A stretch of 59,045 nucleotides of DNA, the filler included, from Sphacelaria rigidula (taxonomy: Eukaryota): the NCBI GenBank assembly GCA_964200075.2. It is 6 parts of 6 records of this genome, joined end to end, with 100 filler letters (N's around TTAATTAATTAA, not from the genome) between each part and the next. Parts side by side here need not be neighbours in the genome. Positions count along the whole stretch, not along the records: positions 39,433 to 49,189 come from CAXNAA020007827.1; positions 49,290 to 59,045 come from CAXNAA020007828.1; 4 more parts are not named here. One strand, given 5' to 3'. The number at the start of each line of letters is the position of its first letter. The first letter of the stretch is position 1. This document shows positions 49,005-59,045 of the stretch, piece after piece. Position numbers and translations under genes: made by a program. The notes beneath the pieces are model-generated. The model searched no databases. It was not told the DNA's origin and worked only from the letters and a program-made list of their open reading frames with translations.

Positions 49005-49135
49005 CTGTGGCAAAGCAATGGAGAGTAAAAACTATATAGTGGCGGATTGTGAACTATACAAGGAGGAACGGAACGACTTGAAGTAAAGGGGGGAAAGTGG
49101 AAAGTAAAGAAGGTGGCATGAAATCGTTTGGTACA
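49005..49135 (+). mobile_element. Short LINE fragment, same family as 1-2498
   Basis: CCTGTGGCAAAGCAATGGAGAGT...GTGAACTATACAAGGAGGAACGG...GGCATGAAATCGTTTG matches 2138-2260 and 42356-42480. Confidence 0.75.
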
Positions 49136-49189
49136 TTTCAAGGGTCGGGCAAATCAATGATTCGTCTGAAATTACTTGGTTATAGTATC

Positions 49190-49289
49190 NNNNNNNNNNN
49201 NNNNNNNNNNNNNNNNNNNNNNNNNNNNNNNNNTTAATTAATTAANNNNNNNNNNNNNNNNNNNNNNNNNNNNNNNNNNNNNNNNNNNN
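49190..49289. other. Artificial contig spacer
   Basis: N44-TTAATTAATTAA-N44. Confidence 0.98.
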
Positions 49290-49356
49290 TCATGGCCATT
49301 TGTTTCGCGACACTTTTAGCTGGTTTTGGGGGGGGGCTATCGTAGAAAGTGTCTAC

Positions 49357-49557
49357 TATTCCAATGTGCTTGGGATATCCCGAATGAATTTGCAAACGGG
49401 GATGTCCTGACCCATATTCTTGGGCATCTAGAATCGTCAGGAGCCCTTGAACCAGACAAGATTTCGCGCAAAAAGTGCACCCCTACCGTGGCATTGCTCG
49501 CTCCTACAAGAACAAGACCCAGAAACAAAAAGTGCAACCCCTACCGTAGCACTGCTC
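49357..49557. mobile_element. Sola2-like MITE fragment with a duplicated right terminus
   Basis: AAAAAGTGCA(A)CCCCTACCGT(G/A)GCA(T/C)TGCTC ends at both 49499 and 49557. Confidence 0.75.
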
Positions 49558-51784
49558 GCACACTTTTCAAGTCCTTTTCACGTCGCACTGTAAGTAGAAA
49601 ACATACATATAGTCCTGCGCTGTCTGTACTGTACTTTGCCCGCTTCCCCTTCACGTTCAACTGACTGCAGCGGTGAGCATGTGAGCAAACTGCAAGAACC
49701 GGCGTCGTGATGTATATTCAGTAACTGGCGGTATACAACACCATCATGCACCCAAAGTCACAGGCATCCACTTTGTTTAGTCATACGTGGCGCATATGCC
49801 GCGCTTACTCTGTAGTATATTGCTCTGCACGTATACAAGCACGATATGGTACTGTCCTGCACGGTATTATACAGTTCAGTACAGCATTGAGCCCTGCTTA
49901 TTATTGTGATCGTTATATCGTCATCAACGTGCAGAATAAACCGCGATCACAACTTTTCGCGTGTTTACTCGGAAAAAGGCTTCACTTTGGTGTTGAATTG
50001 GTAGACACGGGACGACGGGGTTTCCAAAACCTGTGTATACATATGTGAGGTTCATACACCTTGTACATCATTATCATCAGCCATACCTGTTCAGCGGGGC
50101 CATGTGGACATACACTCGCAATCAGTGTATGGTATTTGTATCCAGCCGAGGCTGATGAAGACTTCAATCCTCTTGCCTGATTGATACATGAAATGGGGGA
50201 CGAGAAGATAAGTTTTCAACAATTTCTGCTATCTCTCAATTCTCATTCACTTAAACGGTGCAGTATGTCGGACTTGAACAGCAGAAACTACTCGCCAAGA
50301 AGTTTTTTTTTGCCCAATTTCAGGTATTGGCGGACAAAATGAGGATTTCTTTCGAACAGCTTCTGGTGTACAAATCTCATCTGCGAGAGTATATGGGATT
50401 TGCACAGCCTCTGCTGTTCGAAGTAAATCCTTTCTGCCAGATTCCAATAATTTGGAACAAGGATGTATTTCGAACAGCAGAGGCTGTAAATATTCCAGAT
50501 TTTCGTAGCACTTGTGCCTCCAGAAACAATCTAGGGGATTTTAATATCGACACAGACCTCCGAAGGCCCACATATTGAAAATCCTCTAGAGGATTACGAA
50601 TACCCAAGATCCTCCAGGAGGGATTTCAAAACGGACGGAACCGAGGATGACGTTTGGAAATTCCTCTACGAGGTGGCCGAGTGGCCGCGTGTGAAGCTGC
50701 CTGTGAAAGAGATACAAAAGAGCTGTCGACGTGTTGTCTGCTAAAGTTAGTACCGAGTACAGCATATACCTGTGGGAACGCGGGCCCCCTGCTGAAGTAC
50801 CTCATGCACGACCACGTATGCAACGGAGAAAGAACAGCATTGTTACTATCTAGCCCGCTCATGTACGAGACTATTTGTGAAATTGCAATGTTATACTGTT
50901 TGTGCATACATGCTGCCAGGCATGGTGAGCAATGTGAGCCGATTTGTTTTGAACGGAAAATGTGAGGCTTGAAAAAACGCAACATGAGGTATTTACCCTA
51001 CCCCCTGGTCGGGGTGGGCAGGTCATTGATGCTTGGAATGTGTTTTTGTTATAGAAAATATATGCAACCTCTACGTGGTACCCCCGTTTTGATCGTTTGC
51101 GCCGTATATAGCTCTAGACGGTATGGACGAGCCATGAATGCATGAAACGAATTGGGAGATCAGGCCCAACCATGTACTTCTAGTATATATTTCGACTGTG
51201 ATTATTTTTACCTGGAGCATTGGATCATTGGACTGCATGAAGCCTGCAACAGTTGCTCGTTGACAAATATTACGGGTGCCCGTCTACCAATTCCTATGTA
51301 ACTACTCATGAACGTGATGACCAACTCAGATCCACAACGATCGAGCGATTACGAGTGGAGCTGCATGCTACGAGGCTCGCAGGAGGCAACCAGACAGATA
51401 CTCCGTTAGTTCCCGTTGATCGTCTACTTTTGCACGCTCCGACAATTAGTTCGAGAATGACTGTCTACCTGTGCGTGCTTTGACCGTTCCCGGGGCGGGG
51501 TGATATTCTTCTGGACTTGAGAGTCCATGGGTTCCACACATTTCTTTGCCGATATTTACACCGGGAGTAACCTGATGACGGTTGTTGGCTTGTAATAAAC
51601 GACTCGTGTGATTATCGTAAAGACTATGCAACTTGCTGAAGTACAAGCCAGACATTGAATGGATGAACGAGAGAGCTGTATGGACCAGAAACATGCTTGA
51701 ACCATACAGCAAACCGGCAGCATATAATCGCATACAGGAAAATGGGCGAAGGCGAAGGCTCAAGATGTCAAGATATTGCTTGTT

Positions 51785-52085
51785 CGAAGAGGTTGACAGG
51801 GGGCCAAGAGTTCCCAAGCGGATCCGAAGAGGTTTATCGAGAATCAGGATTTCCCGTGTGTGTCGGGACAGGTTGACAGGGATACAGGATTTCCCATGCG
51901 TGTCCGAACAGGTTGACAGGGGACCAAGAGTTCCCATGCGTGTCCCAACAGGTTGACAGAGGACCAAGAGTTCCCATGCGTGTCCCAACAGGTTGACAGG
52001 AAGCCAGGAGTTTCCCATGCGTGTTCGAAGAGGTTGGCATGGAGCCGGAATTCCCTTGCGTGTCCGAACAGGTTCACAGGGGTCG
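51785..52085. repeat. Minisatellite, 39-41-bp unit, ~7.5 copies
   Basis: Consensus CAGGTTGACAGGGGACCAAGAGTTCCCATGCGTGTCCGAA; no unique spacers. Confidence 0.9.
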
Positions 52086-53439
52086 GAGTCCATGAAATTA
52101 TACTTGGCTACCTCCGACACGTGATACCCTGGCCAAACGCACATGCGTGAACCTGTCGTGTCCGGTCATATTGCTGTTCACTTCATCCTCCTTCCGCTTT
52201 CTTTTGTCCACTATCGTTATGCCGGTAAAGCGATGCTGTCTATATTACTTGTTACATCGTTTCTCACGCCGGTGATGATCGGGAATGTTTCCGCCACACA
52301 CCGCCCTCTTGAATAAAGGAGATTGCAATGCACTACTATGAATCATCAGTAGTTCTTCAATCGGTGTTGTTGCATTCATGTGGTACGTGCGTGCCGGTTT
52401 AAAGTGTCGAGCATCACATAGCTAACCTCAAGTCGGTGAAAAATGAATGAAAATCCCTGGAACCCCCAAGCCCAGTCCTTCTACCCGGCGGGGTCCGTTC
52501 AACGGCCTCCCGTACAAGCACCTTCCCATGCAGCAGCAGATCGCCGAACCTTTCTATGCAGCAGCAGGTTGCTGCACCTCCTCAGCAGCATCAGGCTTTT
52601 GTGCGTCCGCAGCTGTAGTAGTTTTTCTGTGCCGCGAAAGCAGCAACAGTCTTTTTGCGCCATGGCAACAACACGCTGCTCAAGCGCCGCAGATTAATCT
52701 GATTATTGCTACTGAGCAACAATTCCCACAACCGGTAGTATCTCCGCTTTTTCAGTAGATATTTGCAGTATCTTGGTCTCCGTTAGTATTTTCCATCCCA
52801 AGCAAGGCGCAACCAGCAGGGTACATACCCGGCGTCCAGCTGCTGCCACCGCTGCCACCGCCTCTATACCATTGCTCTAGGTACTAGGTTCCACCTTACC
52901 CAGTGGGTACGCATGCAAGTTTGTTGTATGGGTCAAACCACAAAACAACACAAAAAACGTTGCCGTACCGCGCTGTGAAGTGCTCATCGTTCCTGCTCGT
53001 CATGAATGAAAAATAATTTGATCCTAAATAATACCGGACTGCTCCTTGTGCTATACACTACTACTGTGGTTGCCGTTGTCTTTGTCAACCATCCTTTAAG
53101 TTTGAGGGTGGCGACGGGAAGGGGCGGTCACCTGGCCGTTTGAACCACATATACAGGCTGGTTCATGCGTGTCACCCAAAATTGTGTCATCAGCAAATGC
53201 CTGTCGCAATACCTACCCAATAGTCGCATGCATGATATCACACTGACTGCCATGGACAGCTGAAGAGTGTGACAAAGTCGGATTTGTGTGTAAGTTCATA
53301 GTGGTAGCGCTGAGGGCGAAAATGTATATCGACCAATCAGTACCCGTCAAATTGTTCCGAGATCGGAATTACGACTTGCAAGCCCGAGTTTCACCCAATC
53401 TCCACATGCCTCATACCATAGTAACCGCCATCGGCTCGG

Positions 53440-53658
53440 GAGTGATGCTACGGTAGGGGAGCACAACGTTTCTGAGATTAGAATTGTTAGAAGCCCTTGA
53501 TCTCATCCACAACACGACTTATGAAAGTATGTGAGAGCACTTCAGAATTTGCAAACGGGGATGCCCTGACATATATTCTTGGGCATCTAGAATCGTTAGG
53601 AGCTCCTGAACCAGACAAGGTTTCGCGCAAAAAGTGCACCCTTACCGTAGCATTGCTC
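53440..53658. mobile_element. Complete Sola2-like MITE, 219 bp, TSD TCGG
   Basis: TIRs GAGTGATGCTACGGTAGGGGAGCAC / GTGCACCCTTACCGTAGCATTGCTC; TCGG at 53436-53439 and 53659-53662. Confidence 0.85.
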
Positions 53659-56054
53659 TCGGAAATGCAACGTTTTTTTCTAATTAAAATAGATACTACG
53701 GGGATCGAACTATAGAGCTATTCGAAACCGTGATGTTTCGGTGATGTCGGGTGTTGGCGTTGTCTAATTGCGCCTAACGATACGCACGAGAGACCAGGGA
53801 GCCTCGTGACGGTGTCCCCTATATCTGTTGTAGAAAGGCTCAGGTCCCCCTCAAACTCGGAACCGCGGACTTTAATTTTCGGGGTTGATCTTTAAGATCG
53901 TATTGTATGACAAACAATCCTTATTCGTACAACTATGAGAATTTCAGCCCGTCTACGGCGGATTTTCTCCCGTGGAATGATTTTTCGGATCCCGGTCCGT
54001 CGGATAATGTTTCTCGCGAATGCGATGAAGCTCAATGGCCTGGCAAGATTTCACGATGTGCGGGTCTGCTCGTAGACCCTGGGGTTTCGTGATGAGTTGT
54101 TACCGCGTTCGTTATTGTCATTAGTTAGGTTGTTCCGGCGTGGCCAGGTACCACCCTGACCCACTCCCGATCAGTTGCCGGCTCTGCCTTGGTTGCTGAT
54201 GTAATTATTCTACTCTGGTACCATCACTACGCTTCGCTCCTGTGGCTGCGCCCCGGCTGTACTGAGTGAGCGAGCTGATTTGAATTATTGGCGTCGATAA
54301 ACGGATTCTGTTCTTCATGGTTGGTAGATCTTCGTGTTGCCTCGTGTCGTGTTTATTCTGCTCAAGTTGTAGTCAGTTGTTCGCGTTTTTTTCTGCGTTT
54401 TTTATATGTATTTAGTGAGGCGCCCCCCTGTAATTGTAACTGTCGTAGGTGTCAGGATAGTATGGGTTCGGTTGTATAGTACAACAATAGACTCTGCTGT
54501 GCGTTGCCCCTTCTCCGCGTATTAATGATACGTATCTCTCCCTTCGTTGGTACACTGCTTGTAGCTGCTGAGGGATTTGCTGTAGCTGCCGTTCGCTTCT
54601 TTCCCCGCTCGTTTACATCCACGAAAGACAACGTTTTCGTGAGATAAAGAATAGAGCGCTGATTGAGAGTGGCTTTGATCATTCGCTTCACCTTTGCCAT
54701 TTTCGTTCCCTGTGTGCTTGTCTTTGCCTCCATCAGTGGCGTGTGCTTACAGCTACACGTCGATATCCTACTTAGGGATATCAAGAGCCTCAGTGGCGAA
54801 CTACTACAAAACGTATATCAGGCGTCAAGGAGGGGCATTTCGGAACTGAAACGGTTCATTCACTGATTGACTGCTTTTTACTTTCAATCGTATCCTCCAC
54901 TCTCATCCTCACGAAAACATAATATATATATATATATATATATATATGGTTGAAAGTGCCACGGTGACGCACTTCCTTGGATTACTGAACACGTGTAGGA
55001 ATGGTCAAAACTGCGCTCTCATCCTGCCTTGTGCATGTAATCAACCGTCACTCTGTCTCACTATAGTGTGTTCACCCTGCCTTCGAACAGGGTATCGCCC
55101 GCGCCACTATGCCACGTGCAAACTGTGTGTCCGCCGATCACTATTACATTGGTGGTAGTTAATAGTTGGTTCCGACGGCTTATGCTGTAGTAGCATTCGG
55201 TTCATTTGCCATTTGTCGAAATAAAACGCCCCCCCCATTGCACGTGAACGAGCTCCCTACATATTAGTAGATGCGGAAACCACCCCCCTTCCCCCCCGCG
55301 CGCCCTTTTGTGTGTTGCGGTATCCCACCGCGCAGGATGGTTTCGAGGTGCGGGAACCTTAACCGTCAGTCGTGGAGACAATAGCTTCCCCCTGTGACAG
55401 CACACGCATATCATACCGGGCGTCGCGTTGTTGACGTTGGCACAATTGAGTCGAGTCTACAGTAGTTGATTTCCGTTATTCTGCGACAACGCCGCCTACC
55501 CGACTTTCTTGTCATGGTGCATATTTTTTGGTGTTCCGCCAACGGTACTACAAATCGAGCCTCCTTTCAAGACTCGCCGAAATATTAATCGAATTGTGGT
55601 TTCAGGGACAAAACTTGTCTTCGGATGTAAGCCCACAAGTTTTGCGTGACCGCCCCCCGATATTATTCCACATATTTTCCTGTATTTACAGATGACTCCC
55701 GTCGGGAGTTCAATGGGTTTAGCGACGAAAATTGCCCTCGGATGGAAGCCCACGAGTTTTTCGTGACCGCCCCACGATGTTCGACAACATCACTTCTTCA
55801 GTCCGGCCCCATTGAGCTTTTCCCTGCAGTATTAGATGGTCTCTGCTCCTTGTCAAGGAGAGACGAATGGCCCCGTAACCGCGCAGGCACTCCTAGCGCA
55901 CCATGTCTTTTACCATTGCAAAGTATAATATTTTGCCGTACTATGGAAATAATACTTGAGCTCGGGCAATTTTCCTCATAGGAAAGACGCCGTCGGACAC
56001 AGCCCGTGGGCCCCTTCCATATGCCGCTGCCCTTGCTGCTTCCCAGCACCCCCT

Positions 56055-56372
56055 TCGCCCGATCTGGTCAGATATCGGATCGTAGCCCCCCAACATCGGT
56101 ATCGTAGTCCTAAACATCAGTTGTTACCGCCCGCATCCCTCGGTGGTGCGGCGAGCGATGAGCTCGCCTTGGCAGATTTCAGAATCCCCTAACCCGCTCT
56201 GGTCAGATACCAGATCGTAGCCCCCCCCAACACCGGTTGTATCGTAGTCCCGAACATCAGTTGCTACGACATACCGCCCGCATCCCTCGGCGATGCAACG
56301 GGCGATAAGCCCACCTTGGTGGATTTCAGAATTCCCCAATCCGATCTGGTCAGATATCAGATCGTAGCCTCC
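56055..56372. repeat. Tandem repeat, ~135-145-bp unit, ~2.3 copies
   Basis: CCG.TCTGGTCAGATA.C.GATCGTAGCC recurs at ~56059, ~56194 and ~56341. Confidence 0.85.
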
Positions 56373-59045
56373 TCTCCCCTCCCCCCCCCACCGCTGTTTT
56401 CCCATTTTGCGGTGTCCTACTTGTGTACATCGGCGTGCTTCTTGTTGGTTGCCGCGGGCACCCTGGTGCACTCATTTGCCGAACGTTGTTGTGGAGTCTT
56501 GTTTCTGTCCAGTACTGTTTGTGCACACAATAGCGATACAATTGTACACAAACTGACACCTCCCCTCCGCGGCGTCGTAGCCTCTCGCGGGGTTTGGTAC
56601 CGTGTGCCTTCGTGTTGAGTTCGTCTTCTTGGTGACTGCGTTTCTAATACCCGTAGTCATATCTACACTACTATATTCGTGAGATTCAGAACGTAGTTTC
56701 AGATTCAGAGTGGATGCTCTAGCGTTCCTAACAGGTAAAGTTTTTTTTTTGCTTGAGCACACGTGCTGTGCATGCAGCTGCCGTACAGTACCCCATTCGA
56801 GGAATTCGGCGGTGTGGCTGATGAGATGCCGCACAAAGCATTTTCACGCCTGAGGGCATTTCGGAACTGAAACTGTTTCAGGCATTAATTGGTTTTTCCT
56901 GGAAGAGGGGATCTTTTGTTGCAATGGACTGACTGATGTGTCAAATTGAGCGTGTAGGTGACAGCTTTCCTTGAAGTCACCGCTTCACCAGCTGGGCGCA
57001 TTACTCCTCGAACGGAGGCGATGTCAAAATCAACGGGAAATTCGATTGTTGGGTCTTACTCTGAATCCGAAACTACGTTCTGAATCTCACGAATATAGTG
57101 TTATCTCTTGTCGCTGTCGCATTTCTGCCCGCGTCCCCTGAGCATGCAGTGTTTTTTTCTTCTTGTCTTCGAGTTTGTTTACGGGATGAGAAGACTGTAG
57201 ATTTAGCCCAGCCTTCCACATGTTTGGAATTTTGATGACTCGTTCTCCGGATGTATTTGTTGTTTTCGCTGCTCAGTCCCCTGCCGCTAGCCAAGAGAGC
57301 TCGCCGCGCGGGAGTACTCCATCACATCGTCTTGGTGCACGGGTCCTAGAATACACCGTGTACTGCTAACCATATCGCCCTTGCTGTTGGCCGTATTTAT
57401 GCCCGACGGCTGTTTCAGGTCGAGGTGAGTTACTGCGTTTCGACTATTCATACGGACGTGTTCGTTTGTTTGTTCTACGCCTATCCAGTGGCGCAGCCTG
57501 GTCAGCTAGTGACACAACTGTGTTCTCTTGTATCGTTCCGTTGCTGGTGGTCCACGGGAATTACCACTTATACCGCCCTTGTTGCAGTCCGTATTTCACC
57601 GGTCGATTGCTTTGAGTTGGAGGATGTGTTCTGACGAAAACTCGTTTTGATTGACACCAAGGTTTTACTCATTACATGCTATATAGATGATCCGCCGCGC
57701 TGAACGAAATATTCTCACACAACCGCCAGCCCTGAATATGTTTGTGCCCTTCGACATCTGCGGGGCTCTCCTGACAGCAATGTCGAACATCCCCAGCGCC
57801 GTTTACATACTACACCAAACTTTGCTCCGCCATCCCGGCGCACGCGACGAGATGTCGCAAGGGGCTGATGATCTATTGGCATCGACCGTTCTCTCGAAAA
57901 CCTGCAGCACAGACAGTACCCAGCGCAGAGATTACAGTATACACCCGTGGACAGATAGCACCCTGTGGGGCGCACTGTGCAGGGTCCGTACAGGGTCCTC
58001 CACAGTCTTTGTGAAAAAACCCTGACAGGGAGAATCCAAACCGGTATCCCTCGTAGCGTTCTGATAGGGTTTCCCCAGGGTTTGGTTTACAGCCCTGCGT
58101 AGGCTTGTCGGCAAAGCCCTGCACTGTCATGTGGTAGTGTTTTGGTGAAAAACCCTGACGTTTTTTGTATTTTGAAAATTCCAAATAATTTGGCACAAAA
58201 TCTAAAAATGCATATATTTTAAACAGCTTGTCGTCCTGTCCCAGGTAAATTCCTCTTCACCCGATTTGAATCGAGCGAAAAGGAATTTATTTTGGACAGC
58301 AGGACAAGCTATTCAAAACAGATCCTTTCTTCGCCAAATTTATTTCGTCAAAACAATTATTTATTTCGAATAGCAGACGAGGCTGTTCAAGATCGATCCT
58401 TTTTTCGCCCATTTTTGGAATGAGCGAAAAAAGGATCTATTTCGAACAGCTTCTTATGCTGCGCAAATCCCATGCACACTGGCAGATTTGGAATTTGAAC
58501 AGCAGAAGAAGCTCGAAATAAATTTTCACTTTGCCTTCCAATCCATCCGGAGAGTGGGGGAATTAAAATTCTTGCGAGCAGCGTCAGCTGCTGGGCAAAT
58601 CCCGCATACTGCATCGTTACCGGCGCATGGGATCCGACACGCAGAAAAAGCTACTGAAATGTATTCATCGTTTTGCCCCCCAGTACATGTGTACATGGGG
58701 CAAAGGATGAATAGCTGTCAACAGCTTTCGCTGAATAGAGATCTCACACGTTGGATACGTGTGAATGCCCACACCTGTGCTTCACCTGAAACCCCTGGGA
58801 AGGCGTGGGAAGATGCTGAACGGTCGGGTATACCTCGCCGATCTATGCACACACTTCACAAAACCCCGTATTCGATAGTCTACCAACACGAACCATATTT
58901 AGAAATATCACTTAATCAATTCTATATTACTACTTCCTCTGGGGCGAAATATAAGCTCGCTTGGAGGAAAAGTGACATATCTCGTTCCCATTTGCAAGTC
59001 TTTGTGAACGTTTTTTTTTGCCGTTTTCGCGAGCACCTGGAGCAA

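Noticed and set aside
50151-50195. Hammerhead ribozyme core (CTGATGA...GAAA)
   Set aside because: Stem II does not close next to the core and I found no stems I or III. The other CTGATGA hits I checked (7604-7610 on -, 31047, 56818) lack a correctly placed GAAA.
51785-52085. CRISPR-like periodic array (~40-bp period)
   Set aside because: The whole unit is repeated, with no unique spacers, and there are no cas genes. It is a minisatellite.
52443-52900. Pro/Gln-rich ORF fragments (MNENPWNPQAQSFYP...)
   Set aside because: Frameshifted and low-complexity; possibly a decayed gag or exon, but not assignable.

Overview
Eukaryotic, transposon-rich DNA, most likely from a brown alga (Phaeophyceae). 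This assignment is inferred from the ~50% GC, long introns with A/C-rich tracts before the acceptors, G/C homopolymer tracts and TTAGGG-like motifs; it is not proven. The window is not one locus. It is six contigs of almost identical length (9759, 9759, 9757, 9757, 9757, 9756 bp) joined by artificial 100-nt N44-TTAATTAATTAA-N44 spacers, so synteny across the gaps means nothing. Host genes: a partial 8-exon KDM4/JMJD2-type JmjC histone demethylase with a PHD finger split by long low-complexity inserts (39549-48554, +), and one internal exon of a P-loop sulfotransferase-like protein (16656-17161, -). A few other exons are weak candidates. The rest is degenerate Ty1/copia and Ty3/gypsy elements (including a nested insertion with an intact TSD), LINE fragments, tRNA-derived SINEs and many non-autonomous DNA transposons (Stowaway/mariner-, pogo-, hAT-, Harbinger- and Sola2-like). 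The most unusual observations are: (i) a ~0.5-kb element bounded by two loop-less ~90-bp palindromes whose arms carry matched substitutions and run into inward-facing tRNA-like Pol III boxes; (ii) a LINE family whose 3' ends abut C-tracts rather than poly(A); (iii) several otherwise different MITE families sharing a GA-N6-CTACGRTAG terminal signature with 4-bp TSDs. I found no CRISPR array or prokaryotic system.
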